64,000 nucleotides of DNA. Origin: an uncultured Acidobacteriota bacterium (GTDB lineage: Bacteria; Acidobacteriota; Vicinamibacteria; Vicinamibacterales; UBA2999). Shown piece after piece: positions 28,801 to 38,755 of the stretch (position 1 is its first letter; each line of letters starts with the position of its first letter). The stretch is taken from positions 32,828 to 96,827 of the forward strand of contig CAWFTF010000025.1 in assembly GCA_963818645.1 (NCBI GenBank), given 5' to 3'. A model generated the notes under the pieces. It saw only the letters and a program-made list of their open reading frames with translations, was not told the DNA's origin and did no database searches. A program made the position numbers and the translations under genes.

Positions 28801-30128
28801 GTGAGCATCTCCTCGAGTGCCTTGCGAACAGCCTCGGCGGCTTCCTCGTCCGACGCCGCGTGCCGGGCGATGTGAGCCAGGCGTTGTGCGAACGTGAGCG
28901 GCGCCCCCTGCGCTTCAACCGCACCGCGAAGCGGATCGGTGATCATGCCGGCGCCGCACGTGAACTGCGTCGCGGGATCGATCAGGATGAAGCTGCCGGT
29001 GCTGCGATTCTCGGCGTAGCGATCGAACACGATCGGCCGCGCCGTGGATATCTGGACGTTGCCGATCTGATTCAGGACCAACGTGTGATTGACTTCGGCG
29101 GTCACCGTGCGCGTGCCGTGCTTCAGCAGATACACGCGACCGGGATCCAGCGGCCGCTCGTCCATCCACACCAGTTCCGCCTCGAACCGCTGCCCGACAA
29201 ACGCCGGTTCAACGGTCAGCACATCACCGCGACTGATGTCGATCTCATCGTCCAACGTGAGCGTCACCGACATCGGCGCGAACGCCATGGCCAGGTCGCC
29301 GTCGTAGGTGACGATGCGCTTGATGCGAGCGCTGCGGCCGGAAGGCCAGGCGGTAATGCGATCGCCGGTCCTGACGCTGCCGGACACAATCTGGCCCGCG
29401 TATCCGCGGAACTCGTGGTCCGGACGAAGCACCATCTGCACCGGGAAACGGAACGGCGCCGCCGGCAGGTTGCGATGCACCCGCACGGTCTCGAGGTACT
29501 CGAGCAGGGGAGGACCGTCGAAGTACGGCGTGCGCGCGCTGCGCGTGATGACGTTGTCGCCCTCGAGCGCGCTCATCGGAATGGCGTGCACCGACGCGCC
29601 GGTGAGGAACTCACTGAAGTCGTCCAGGATCTTCTCGTAGACCTCGCGATCGAAGTCGACGAGGTCCATCTTGTTGATGGCGAGCACGAAGTTCGTGATG
29701 CCGAGCAGCCGCGCGATTCGCGCATGCCGCTTCGACTGCGTGCGGACGCCGTTGCGCGCGTCGATCAGCAGAATCGCGACGTCAGCGGTTGACGCGCCCG
29801 TTGCCATGTTCCGCGTGTACTGCTCGTGACCGGGCGTGTCCGCGAGGATGAACTTGCGACGCGCGGTCGCGAAATAGCGATACGCAACGTCGATCGTGAT
29901 GCCCTGTTCGCGCTCCGCGCGCAGGCCATCCGTGAACAGCGAGAAGTCGATCGGCCCGGCGTTGCGATTCTTCGATGCCTTGGCCACCGACGCAACCTGG
30001 TCTTCGTAGACCGACTGCGAGTCGTGGAGCAGCCGCCCGATCAGCGTGCTCTTCCCATCGTCAACGCTGCCGGCAGTGCAGATTCTCAGGAGGCTGGATT
30101 CCACGGTCCGGGTTCCTGGTTCCGGCAT
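28797..30128 (-). CDS. cysN: sulfate adenylyltransferase subunit 1 (GTPase), no fused APS kinase
   Basis: GSVDDGKST, DTPGH and NKMD GTPase boxes. Start at ATG 30128 ([20 protein letters not shown]) within ORF 28797..30455. Overlaps the cysD stop. Confidence 0.9.
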   Translation of the reverse strand: MPEPGTRTVESSLLRICTAGSVDDGKSTLIGRLLHDSQSVYEDQVASVAKASKNRNAGPIDFSLFTDGLRAEREQGITIDVAYRYFATARRKFILADTPGHEQYTRNMATGASTADVAILLIDARNGVRTQSKRHARIARLLGITNFVLAINKMDLVDFDREVYEKILDDFSEFLTGASVHAIPMSALEGDNVITRSARTPYFDGPPLLEYLETVRVHRNLPAAPFRFPVQMVLRPDHEFRGYAGQIVSGSVRTGDRITAWPSGRSARIKRIVTYDGDLAMAFAPMSVTLTLDDEIDISRGDVLTVEPAFVGQRFEAELVWMDERPLDPGRVYLLKHGTRTVTAEVNHTLVLNQIGNVQISTARPIVFDRYAENRSTGSFILIDPATQFTCGAGMITDPLRGAVEAQGAPLTFAQRLAHIARHAASDEEAAEAVRKALEEMLT

Positions 30129-31069
30129 CAGAAATAGCCTTCCCGCTTCTTCAACTCCATCGAGCCATCCTGATCGTGATCGATGATGCGAAGCTGACGC
30201 TCTGATTGGCGCGTCGCGATCAGCTCCTCGATGATCTTCGGCACGGTGTCCGCGTCGGACTTGATCGCGCCCGTGCACGGCGAGCAGCCGAGCGAGCGCA
30301 TGCGGCACTTCACGACCTGTGGCTTCTCGCCGGGCATCGTGACGACGAACGGTTGTTCCTGGACGATGAGCGAGGCGCCGCGGACGATCACCTCGCGCTC
30401 TCGCGCGAAGTAGAGCGGGACGATCGGGATGTTCTCCGCGTGGATGTAGTTCCACACGTCGATTTCGGTCCAGTTGGAGAGCGGGAACACGCGGATGCTT
30501 TCACCCGGCCGCAGCTTCGCGTTCAGGAGCGTCCAGAGCTCGGGACGCTGGCGCTTCGGATCCCATTGTCCGTTCGGGTCGCGCACGGAGAAGATGCGCT
30601 CCTTGGCGCGCGAGCGCTCCTCGTCGCGCCGAGCGCCGCCGATAGCCGCGTCGAAGTTCCCGGCCTGCAGCGCGTCGAGCAGCGACTTCGTCTTCAGCAG
30701 TCCGCAGCAGCGCTGCGTGCCCACCTTGAAGGGCTGCGTGCCGTCCGCGATCGCTTCCTCGTTCGTGTGGACGATCAACCGCGCGCCGACGGCACGAGCC
30801 ATCTCGTCGCGGAACTCGATCATCTCGCGGAACTTGTAGGTGGTATCGACGTGCAGCAGCGGAAACGGAATCGGACCCGGATAGAACGCCTTCTGGGCCA
30901 GCCGCAGCAGGACCGACGAGTCCTTGCCGATGGAGTAGAGCATCACTGGTCGTTCGAACTCGGCGACGACCTCGCGGAAGATGTGAATGCTCTCGGCCTC
31001 CAGCGCCCGGAGATGATCCAGGCGAGAGGCGGTGAGGGTCGAGTCAGGAGTCAGGGCCACTGTCGACAT
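30128..31069 (-). CDS. cysD: sulfate adenylyltransferase subunit 2
   Basis: [15 protein letters not shown]...[19 protein letters not shown]-reductase-fold N-terminus, full-length CysD-like. Start ATG 31069 (or 31087). Confidence 0.9.
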   Translation of the reverse strand: MSTVALTPDSTLTASRLDHLRALEAESIHIFREVVAEFERPVMLYSIGKDSSVLLRLAQKAFYPGPIPFPLLHVDTTYKFREMIEFRDEMARAVGARLIVHTNEEAIADGTQPFKVGTQRCCGLLKTKSLLDALQAGNFDAAIGGARRDEERSRAKERIFSVRDPNGQWDPKRQRPELWTLLNAKLRPGESIRVFPLSNWTEIDVWNYIHAENIPIVPLYFAREREVIVRGASLIVQEQPFVVTMPGEKPQVVKCRMRSLGCSPCTGAIKSDADTVPKIIEELIATRQSERQLRIIDHDQDGSMELKKREGYF

Positions 31070-31087
31070 GTTTCCTAAGACGTGCAA

Positions 31088-31116
31088 TAAAAAAGCCCGG
31101 GTTCGTGTCCCCGGGC
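31088..31116 (-). terminator. Intrinsic-terminator-like hairpin in the cysD 5' leader (possible attenuator)
   Basis: The minus strand reads gcccggggacacgaacccgggc followed by ttttttatt, ending ~20 nt before the cysD RBS and ATG. Confidence 0.5.
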
Positions 31117-31298
31117 TTCGATCGCGTTAGCGTGTCTGGGTGTTTTTGCTATTCACCCGATTGCCAGATCGTCACCTTGGGGACCTTTACAGGTCCTGCT
31201 ACAACAGCAGCGGACACAAAGGCGACAGATTCGGACGGACATCGAATTAGATTCTACCCGCCAGCCGCCCTGAACGCAAAAAGGAGTAGCTTAAGGCC

Positions 31299-31694
31299 AT
31301 GAAACGCCTGCTATACGCCGTTGTCGCCCTGTCGGGCCTGCTGGCTGTGCCGCTCGCCGCGCACCATTCGTTTGCGGCGGAATTCGACGCCAGCAAGGCC
31401 ATCCGCGTCACCGGGACGCTGTCCAAGGTGGAGTGGACCAACCCCCACATTTACTTCTACTTGGACGCCAAGGACGAGCAGGGAAACGTGGTCAAGTGGA
31501 CCTGCGAATCGGGCGCTCCAGGCGCGTTGAGCCGGCGCGGGTTCAAGCGCGGCGACCTCAAACTCGGCGACACGATCGTGGTTGACGGGTATCGCGCGAA
31601 GAACGGGTCCAACCTGATGGATGCCCGTCGCGTGACCCTGGCCGACGGCCGCATCGTGTCGGGTGCTTCCGCCGGAGACGGAGGCCCGCAATGA
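31299..31694 (+). CDS. small secreted protein, DUF6152-like (mature N-terminus HHSF)
   Basis: Signal peptide ...AVPLAA|HHSFAAEFDASKAIRVTGTLSKVEWTNPH. RBS aaaggag. The stop overlaps the next ATG (ATGA). Paralogue at 36969..37391. Confidence 0.8.
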   Translation: MKRLLYAVVALSGLLAVPLAAHHSFAAEFDASKAIRVTGTLSKVEWTNPHIYFYLDAKDEQGNVVKWTCESGAPGALSRRGFKRGDLKLGDTIVVDGYRAKNGSNLMDARRVTLADGRIVSGASAGDGGPQ

Positions 31695-32530
31695 CCGCGA
31701 CCCGCACCGGCCTGGTCTCGATCGCCGTTCTGGTGGCGCTCGCCCTCACCGGGGTGGCCACACGTGCGCAACTGCAGGTCCCCGACTTCAAGTCGAACCG
31801 ACCGACGCCGCGCATGGCGAATGGCAAGCCCGACTTCAGCGGCTACTGGAAGGGGACGACGGATACCAAGCCCGGCGGCAACATCGGCAAGGACCTGCCG
31901 GGATGGAAGCTGCCGCTCACGCCGGCGGGTGAGGCCGCGCTCAAGCACAACCTCACGGCCACGATCGATCCCGAGAGCCTGTGCATCATCGGCGGGATCC
32001 CGCGCCACAACGCCAGCGGTCTTCCGTTCGAAGTCCTCCAGGGCAACAACAAGATCGCGTTCCTCTATTGGTACAGCTACTTCCGTCTGATTCCGATCGA
32101 TCCGAATCGCAAACACTCCGACGATCCGGATCCATCGTTCTTCGGCGAGGAGCTGGGTCGATGGGAAGGTGACACGCTGGTCATCGACTCGATCGGGTTC
32201 AAGGACGAGAAGGTCTGGATCGACGAGAACGCGAACCCTCACAGCGACGCGCTGCACGTCGTCGAACGATGGACGCGGCCTGATGCCGACCACATTCACG
32301 TTGAGACCTTGATCGAGGATTCGAAGTTCTACACGCGACCGTTCACGTATTCGCGAACGTGGGTGCTGGGAAAGCCTGACGAGGAAATTCAGGAATACGC
32401 GTGCAGCGAGAACAACGTCGATGCGGCCCATCTCGGTTTCGGACCGGGTCCGATTCGTCCCGATGGCACGCGCGGTTACATCGATCCCGCGCCGCTGCCG
32501 CCGCCGCTTCCTCGCGTGCCCGCGAAGTAG
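31691..32530 (+). CDS. secreted DGKPD-SG-W family protein (P280-1), function unknown
   Basis: Signal peptide, NGKPDFSGYW, C..GGIP, GRWEGDTLVIDS, HVVERW, FYTRPF, EYACSENN. Shares motifs with 36037, 37388 and 50218. Confidence 0.8.
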   Translation: MTATRTGLVSIAVLVALALTGVATRAQLQVPDFKSNRPTPRMANGKPDFSGYWKGTTDTKPGGNIGKDLPGWKLPLTPAGEAALKHNLTATIDPESLCIIGGIPRHNASGLPFEVLQGNNKIAFLYWYSYFRLIPIDPNRKHSDDPDPSFFGEELGRWEGDTLVIDSIGFKDEKVWIDENANPHSDALHVVERWTRPDADHIHVETLIEDSKFYTRPFTYSRTWVLGKPDEEIQEYACSENNVDAAHLGFGPGPIRPDGTRGYIDPAPLPPPLPRVPAK

Positions 32531-32736
32531 GTTGGTAGTGGGAAGTCAACTTTCTTTGACGACGATCCGCTCGCTGCGCTACAAGTAATGCCAATGACGC
32601 CCACGGCCCCGCGCCTCTGTTGTTGCTGTTGTTGTCGCTGCAACAGACGTGTCTCCGGTGACACGCGCGCGGTGGAGGGCCTCACGATGACGCCCTGAGT
32701 TCCTGATCTTTCATTCAGACTCGGCCACCGATCGAA

Positions 32737-32770
32737 GGCCCGGAGGTTCACGCTTCCGGGCCTTTTTCTT
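32737..32770 (+). terminator. Rho-independent terminator
   Basis: ggcccgga-ggttcacgct-tccgggcc followed by tttttctt. Confidence 0.7.
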
Positions 32771-32825
32771 TGTACGTCCAGGCCCCGAAGCATGGCGATC
32801 TCGCGAACACGACGAAGGAACCCAC

Positions 32826-35800
32826 ATGTTTCGGAAGTTGCTCTCGATAGTTCTGCTCCTGTTTGTGTCCGTTGCGCTGCAGGCGCAGCAGGCGAATAAC
32901 GCGATCCTCGTCGGCGTCATCAGCGACAGCACCGGCGCATTTCTTCCAGGCGCGACCGTCACCGCCACTCATGTGGCGACGAATACCTCGGTCGACATCC
33001 TCACCGACGAGCGCGGGCAGTACCGCACGCCTCCATTGCGGATCGGCGACTACGAGCTCACCGTCCGGCTCGACGGCTTTCGCACATTCGTGCGTCGCGG
33101 CGTCGTGCTCAACATCGGCGACGTTCGCAACGTCGACGCGACGCTCGACATCGGAGCGATTGCCGAGACCGTGACGGTCGACGCGACGCCACCCCCACTC
33201 AACACGTCGGACTCGACCGTCGGCACGGTCATCACCAACGAACAGATCGCGGCCCTCCCACTCAATGGACGCGACTATCTGCAATTGGCATCGCTGTCAT
33301 CGGGCACCGGGCCGGCCAGCAGCCAGGGTGTGGTCATTGGCGGGCAATCGGGAACCGCCGTCGCCTTCCTGCTCGACGGGCACGACAACAACAGCCAGCA
33401 GATCACGACCGGTCACTCGGGGCAGAAGGAGATCGTCAAGCCGTCAGTGGACGCGATTCAGGAGTTCAAGGTCGTCACCAACAGCTACTCAGCGGAATAT
33501 GGCCGCTCCTCGTCAGGCGTGGTCAGCGTGTCGCTCAAGTCGGGAACGAACAGCCTGAATGGCAGCCTCTACGAGTTCTTTCGCGACGACGCGCTGAACG
33601 CGACCAATTACTTCGCGACGACGAAGCCCGTCGACACGCGGCATCAGTTTGGCGGCGCCGTCGGGTTCCCAATCATCCGAAGCAAGACCTTCTTCTTCGG
33701 CGACTCCGAGACCGGCCGCATCCAGCGAGAGACGACGACGCTCTCGACGCTGCCGTCGGCGACGGCGCGAGCCGGTCAGTTCTCGCGGACGATCATCGAC
33801 CCGCTGACGACGTTGCCGTTCCCGGGGAATCAGATCCCGGCGTCGCGTGTCGATGCTGTGGCGGCGCGCATCCTCGGCTACGTGCCTCTGCCCCAGACGG
33901 GCGCTGCCACGAACAACTTCACCTACAACAGCCCGTCCGATCAGGACCAGCAGACGTGGGACGTTCGCATCGACCACGTGTTCAGCCCGAAGCACAACGC
34001 CTATGTCCGCGTGAGCTCTCAGCGCCTCGAGAACAAGCCGAACTCGCCACTCCCGCCGGATGCCAACGGCAACTACGTGGTCTCAGGCGCGAGCGACATC
34101 TCCGACAACAAGAGCATCGTCGTCGTCCACAACGCGGTCTGGTCGCGCAACGTCATCGGGTCGATCCGCGTGGGATACAACCGCATCGACTGGGACGAGA
34201 TCGTGCCGCCACAGGATCTGCGCGGGATCGGCATCCCCGGCGTCGACTCCAGCAACCCGGGCTTCTCGCAGATCGCGATCACCGGGTACCGGACGCTGGG
34301 AGTGTCGAACGTGCCCAATGCCGACGATTCGAAGAATCTTCAGGTGTCAGGCGACATATCGCTGACGAAGGGGACGCACACGATCAAGACAGGGGTCCAG
34401 CACTATCAGCTCGGGATCGACTTCCTCAGCTCGCAGCGCAGCAGCGGCATCTTCAACTTCAACGGCCAGTACACGGGCGATCCGTTCGCGGATTACCTGC
34501 TTGGATACGGATCGTCGGCGAGCCTCTCGAAGTACGCGAAGTTGAACTTCCGCACGCCCTATACCCACTTCTTCGCGCAGGACGACTGGCGAACGAGCGA
34601 GCGGCTCACGCTCAACCTTGGCCTGCGCTACGAGCTGAACTACCCGTCGGTCGATCAGAACGACGCGATCGCGAATTTCGATCTGGATACCGATCCGCTG
34701 AACCCGCGCATCGTGCTTGCGGGCTCGGAGGGTGACGATCGCGCCGCGCGTGCGCTGGTTGCCTACCAACTACCGGCAGTTCGCCCCGCGTGCCGGCTTC
34801 GCGTATCTCCTGCCCGGCGACAAGACGGTCATTCGAGGCGGAGCCGGCATCTTCTACGGAAACATGATCACGGTCGGCGGCATGTCGTCGCTCGAGATCA
34901 ATCCGCCGAATCACGTCCGCATCGCGCAGACAACAGACCGGACGATTCCATCGATCTTCTTGAGCCAGGGTTTTGCCGCCGACGCGTTGTCGGTTGCGAA
35001 CGCGCGCGACGTCAATCTGGTGTCATGGGATCGCAGCGACAAGCAGCCGACGGCGTACCAGTGGAACGTGAACGCACAGCGCGAGCTGCCCGGTCAGGTG
35101 GTTGTCGAGGTCGGCTACTACTCCAACCGTCTGGTCAACAACTGGCGATCGATCGACGGCAACCCGGCGCCTCCGGGTCCGGGAAACCTCAATCGCCGGC
35201 GCCTCTACCAGACGACCGCCGTGCCGCCGACGGGCGACGTCATTACGCTCGCCAACGTCACGCGCATTCAGAAGGACGGCTGGAGCCAGTACCACGGGCT
35301 CCAGACGAAGTTCGAGAAGCGCTACTCGAAGGGCATCTCGCTGCTTGCGGCGTACACGTGGTCGAAGACTCGCGGCCTCGAAGGCGGCTACCAGGACTAC
35401 ACGAACATCGATGCCGAAGTGGGGCCCACGTCCACCGATCGCCCGCACCACTTCGTTGGAAGCGGCATCTACGAGCTGCCGTTCGGTCACAACCGATCGA
35501 TTGGCGGTGATTGGGATGGTCTTACGAACGCGTTGCTTGGCGGGTGGAGCGTCAGTCCCATCCTCACGGCGACCTCGGGAGCGCCTCTCAACCTGACTGT
35601 CAACGGGAACCCGTCGAACTCGAGCGGCACGGATCGGCCGAATGTGGTGGGCGAGTGGCGGCTGGATGATCCGACGGCCGATCAGTGGTTCAACACCAGC
35701 GCATTCGTGGCGAATGCGCCGTTCACATACGGCAATGCGCCGAAAAACCTGATTCGCGGGCCAGGCTACTTCAATCTCGACATCTCGATTCAGAAGGCGT

Positions 35801-35970
35801 TCCGCGTGTCTGAGGGCGTACGCGCGGACATCAGGTTCGAGTCGTTCAACGTCACCAATGCCGTCAATCTCGGCAACCCCAATACCACTGTCGGCGACGT
35901 CAACTTCGGGCGCATCTCGTCTGCTGGCGCAGCGAGACAGAGCCAGGTTGCCGTGAAGCTGCTGTTCTGA
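32826..35970 (+). pseudogene. Oar-like TonB-dependent transporter (carboxypeptidase-regulatory-like N-domain), one frameshift
   Basis: Signal peptide, then GVISDSTGAFLPGATVTATHVATN...GQYRTPPLRIGDYELTV, and AETVTVDA. The barrel continues in the second frame from ~34759 (PTNYRQFAPRAGFAY...) and ends ...VAVKLLF. Confidence 0.85.
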
Positions 35971-35977
35971 ACCCTAT

Positions 35978-36009
35978 GGTCCACAGTCCACAGTCCTCAG
36001 TCCACGGTC
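35978..36009. repeat. Tandem octamer array, class C (GTCCACAG), single arm
   Basis: ggtccacagtccacagtcctcagtccacggtc lies directly after the transporter stop. Confidence 0.85.
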
Positions 36010-36036
36010 TACTCATGAAAAACCATAAGTTGCGAA

Positions 36037-36951
36037 GTGGCGCGATCGTCATGGCCGATGATCGCGGCGGGAGCAAGCACCGCGATCGCACAGGGAGCCC
36101 AGTCATGGCGCGAGCGAACGGTTGTGCCAATTGCGTCCGTCGAGTGGACGGGTGCGCGACTCGCAGACGGTCAGCCAGACGTGCAGGGCCACTGGTCCAA
36201 CACGATCGGCAACCACAACAACTTCACTCGTCCGCAAGGAGGCGACGATGGTGCGCCGGGCGGAGGAGCGAGGGAGCGGGGCCAGGCGAATCGCGCTCCG
36301 AGCCGGGTGAGTGATCCACCAGACGGTCAGATCCCATACCAGCCCTGGGCGCGAGCCAGACAACAGGAGTTCGGTTCTCATCTGGACGATCCGACGCGTC
36401 CCGAGTATGTCGAGCCGCTCGCACGGTGCGCGCCCGCAGGTCCAACCAAGTCGTTCATGTGGCACGGCTACGAGATCCGCCAGTATCCGGGCTATGTGCT
36501 GTTCCTCTTCGATTCTGGTACGCGAATCATCCACCTTGATGCCAAGCCGCATCTTGCGGAGAACGTCAAGCTGTGGAACGGCGACTCGCGCGGCCACTGG
36601 GAAGGCAACACGCTCGTCGTCGACGTCACCAACAACAACTCGAAGTCGCGGTTCGCGCGCACTGGTGAGTTCGTCAGCGAGCACGCGACCATTCAGGAGC
36701 GTTACATCTTCGACAGCGCGGGTGAGCGCTTCATCTATCAAGCGGTCTACACCGATCCGACCGTGCTGACGCGGCCGTTCACGGTGACGATTCCCAACCG
36801 CCGTATCACCGACAAGACGCCGCAGGACGGCTGGAACAACATCACGTTCCCCGCCATCCACTCCGGCACCGAACCCATCATCGAAGCCTACGAACGCACG
36901 TGCGTCGAGAACAACGGCGAGCACGGCGGCGTAGCTGTCGAGTCGAAGTAG
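36037..36951 (+). CDS. secreted DGKPD-SG-W family protein (P280-2)
   Basis: DGQPDVQGHW, RCAPAGP, GHWEGNTLVVDV, IQERY, DPTVLTRPF, AYERTCVENN. The true start may be ATG 36015 (MKNHKLRSGAIV...) with another indel near 36050. Confidence 0.75.
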   Translation: MARSSWPMIAAGASTAIAQGAQSWRERTVVPIASVEWTGARLADGQPDVQGHWSNTIGNHNNFTRPQGGDDGAPGGGARERGQANRAPSRVSDPPDGQIPYQPWARARQQEFGSHLDDPTRPEYVEPLARCAPAGPTKSFMWHGYEIRQYPGYVLFLFDSGTRIIHLDAKPHLAENVKLWNGDSRGHWEGNTLVVDVTNNNSKSRFARTGEFVSEHATIQERYIFDSAGERFIYQAVYTDPTVLTRPFTVTIPNRRITDKTPQDGWNNITFPAIHSGTEPIIEAYERTCVENNGEHGGVAVESK

Positions 36952-36968
36952 AGGAGAACCCGATAGCC

Positions 36969-37391
36969 ATGACACGCACAACTGCTTTACTCGGCGCCGT
37001 TCTCACGTGGGCGCTCGTCGTAACGGTGCCGGCAGCCGCGCATCATTCGTTTGCCGCGGAGTTCGACGCGAACAAGCCCGTTGAATTGAAGGGGGTCGTC
37101 ACCAGGCTTCAGTGGACGAACCCGCATGGGTGGATCTACGTGGACGTCAAGGACGCCAGCGGCGTCGTCACGAACTGGGCGATCGAGTTCGGTGCGCCGT
37201 ACAGCCTGCTGCAGAAGGGACTGCGCAAGAGTGACTTCCCGGTGGGCTCCGAGGTCGTCGTGAAAGGATTCCGCGCCAAGACCGGCAAGGCAGTGGCCAA
37301 CGCGCGGAGCGTCACGCTGCCCGACGGACGCAACTTCTACGCATCGGGGGGAGACAGTCCGGGCGCACCGGTGGAAGTGAGCGCGCGATGA
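36969..37391 (+). CDS. small secreted protein, DUF6152-like (mature N-terminus HHSF), paralogue 2
   Basis: ...TVPAAA|HHSFAAEFDANKPVELKGVVTRLQWTNPH. The stop overlaps the next ATG (ATGA). Confidence 0.8.
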   Translation: MTRTTALLGAVLTWALVVTVPAAAHHSFAAEFDANKPVELKGVVTRLQWTNPHGWIYVDVKDASGVVTNWAIEFGAPYSLLQKGLRKSDFPVGSEVVVKGFRAKTGKAVANARSVTLPDGRNFYASGGDSPGAPVEVSAR

Positions 37392-38158
37392 GGCTACCAG
37401 CGCTGCTCTTGTTGTTGGCTGCCTCGTCTCTGCTTACAGCGCACGGCGCGTGGGCGCAGGAGACACAGCCGTCGATCCCTCGTAGTGCCGACGGCAAGCC
37501 TGACTTCTCCGGAATCTGGCAGACGCTGAGCGCCGCCGAGTACGACCTGGAGCCGCACTCGACCCGGAAAGATGCACCTCCCGGACCGGGCATCGTCGAA
37601 GGGCAGGTCATCCCGTATCGGCCGGAGGCGTCGCAACAGCGCAAGAAGAATTTCGACGCGCGCGCGACCAACGACCCGCGCGAGAAGTGCTTCACCCTCG
37701 GGACGCCGCGCGGCATCTACTCGCCGGAGCCCTTTCAAATCTTCCAGCGCGCACGCGACCTGACGCTGGTCTTCCAGTTCGGGCACTCGGTGCGCACGAT
37801 TCACACCAACGAGACTCGTCACCCGAAGGCCCGATCGGATTCTGGCTCGGTGACTCCCGCGCTCGATGGGAAGGGGACACGCTCGTCGTCGATGTCGTCG
37901 ACTTCAACGGCGAGACCTGGCTCGATCGCGCCGGGAACTTCCACAGCGACCAACTGCACGTCGTCGAGCGCTGGTCCTTCCTCGACGCCAACACGATTCA
38001 GTACACCGCGACGCTCGAGGACCCGACGGTGTACACGCGGCCGTGGAGCCTGAGCGTGATACTGCACCGGCACCGCGAACCCGAATTTTCAGCTGATCGA
38101 GAACTACTGCTACACGCTCGACTACGACAAGTTCTATCCCGTGCCCTCCGGGCAATAG
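37388..38158 (+). pseudogene. secreted DGKPD-SG-W family protein (P280-3), two frameshifts
   Basis: ADGKPDFSGIW...KCFTLGTP... (frame 1), then EGPIGFWLGDSRARWEGDTLVVDV...HVVERW...DPTVYTRPW (from ~37820), then QLIENYCYTLDYDKFYPVPSGQ* after the TTTT run at 38086-38089. Confidence 0.8.
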
Positions 38159-38193
38159 GGCTGACGAATATGTATCGAATCAGGAGAACGTCA

Positions 38194-38661
38194 ATGAAGA
38201 CAGCAGGTGTCATGATGATGTTGGCTGCCCTCGTCACGTGTGGGCGCCACGGGGCAGGCGCAGCAACCGGCGCAGGGCGAATGTCGTCGCGCCCGGCCTC
38301 GACCGCAAAGATCCTCAAGCGTGCGGAGATCGATGCGCTGCTCGCGCAGCCGTCGAACGTGCTCGTCATCGACGTGCGGCGTCCCGACGAGATCGGGTCG
38401 ATCGGCGGTTTCCCGGTTTATCTGAACGTGCAAGCCGGTGATCTCGAGAAGCGACTCCCGTCGATTCCGAAGGACCGCCTGATCATCACCGTTTCGAATC
38501 ACGCGTCGCGCGCCGGACGTGCGGCGGACCTTTTGCAGAAGAACGGCTTCAACGTGGCCGGTGCCGCCGGCGCTCAGGACTACGAAGCCGAGGGAGGCGC
38601 GCTCGTGAAGATTGCGCCGCCATCGCGAAGCACGGCCTCGGCCGAGCCACGCAAGCAGTAA
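38194..38661 (+). CDS. secreted rhodanese-homology domain protein, active-site Cys replaced by Ser
   Basis: Signal/lipobox-like N-terminus, VLVIDVRRPDEI, and an active-site loop reading IITVSNHASRAGRAADLL where rhodaneses have C-x4-R-[SA]. Confidence 0.75.
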   Translation: MKTAGVMMMLAALVTCGRHGAGAATGAGRMSSRPASTAKILKRAEIDALLAQPSNVLVIDVRRPDEIGSIGGFPVYLNVQAGDLEKRLPSIPKDRLIITVSNHASRAGRAADLLQKNGFNVAGAAGAQDYEAEGGALVKIAPPSRSTASAEPRKQ

Positions 38662-38668
38662 CGGATTC

Positions 38669-38743
38669 GGCGCGGTGGCGAAGCGGCAACGCGGTGGTCT
38701 GCAAAACCACCATCCGAGGGTTCGAGTCCCTCCCGCGCCTCCA
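38669..38743 (+). tRNA. tRNA-Cys (GCA)
   Basis: Acceptor ggcgcgg/ccgcgcc, anticodon arm gtggt-ctGCAaa-accac, T arm gaggg-ttcgagt-ccctc, discriminator t and encoded CCA. Folded by hand. Confidence 0.9.
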
Positions 38744-38755
38744 GTGGGGAAATCG

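Noticed and set aside
31117-31298. SAM-I or SAM-II riboswitch in the cysD leader
   Set aside because: I looked for the conserved SAM-I core elements and SAM-II features on the minus strand and did not see them. Only a generic terminator-like hairpin is supported.
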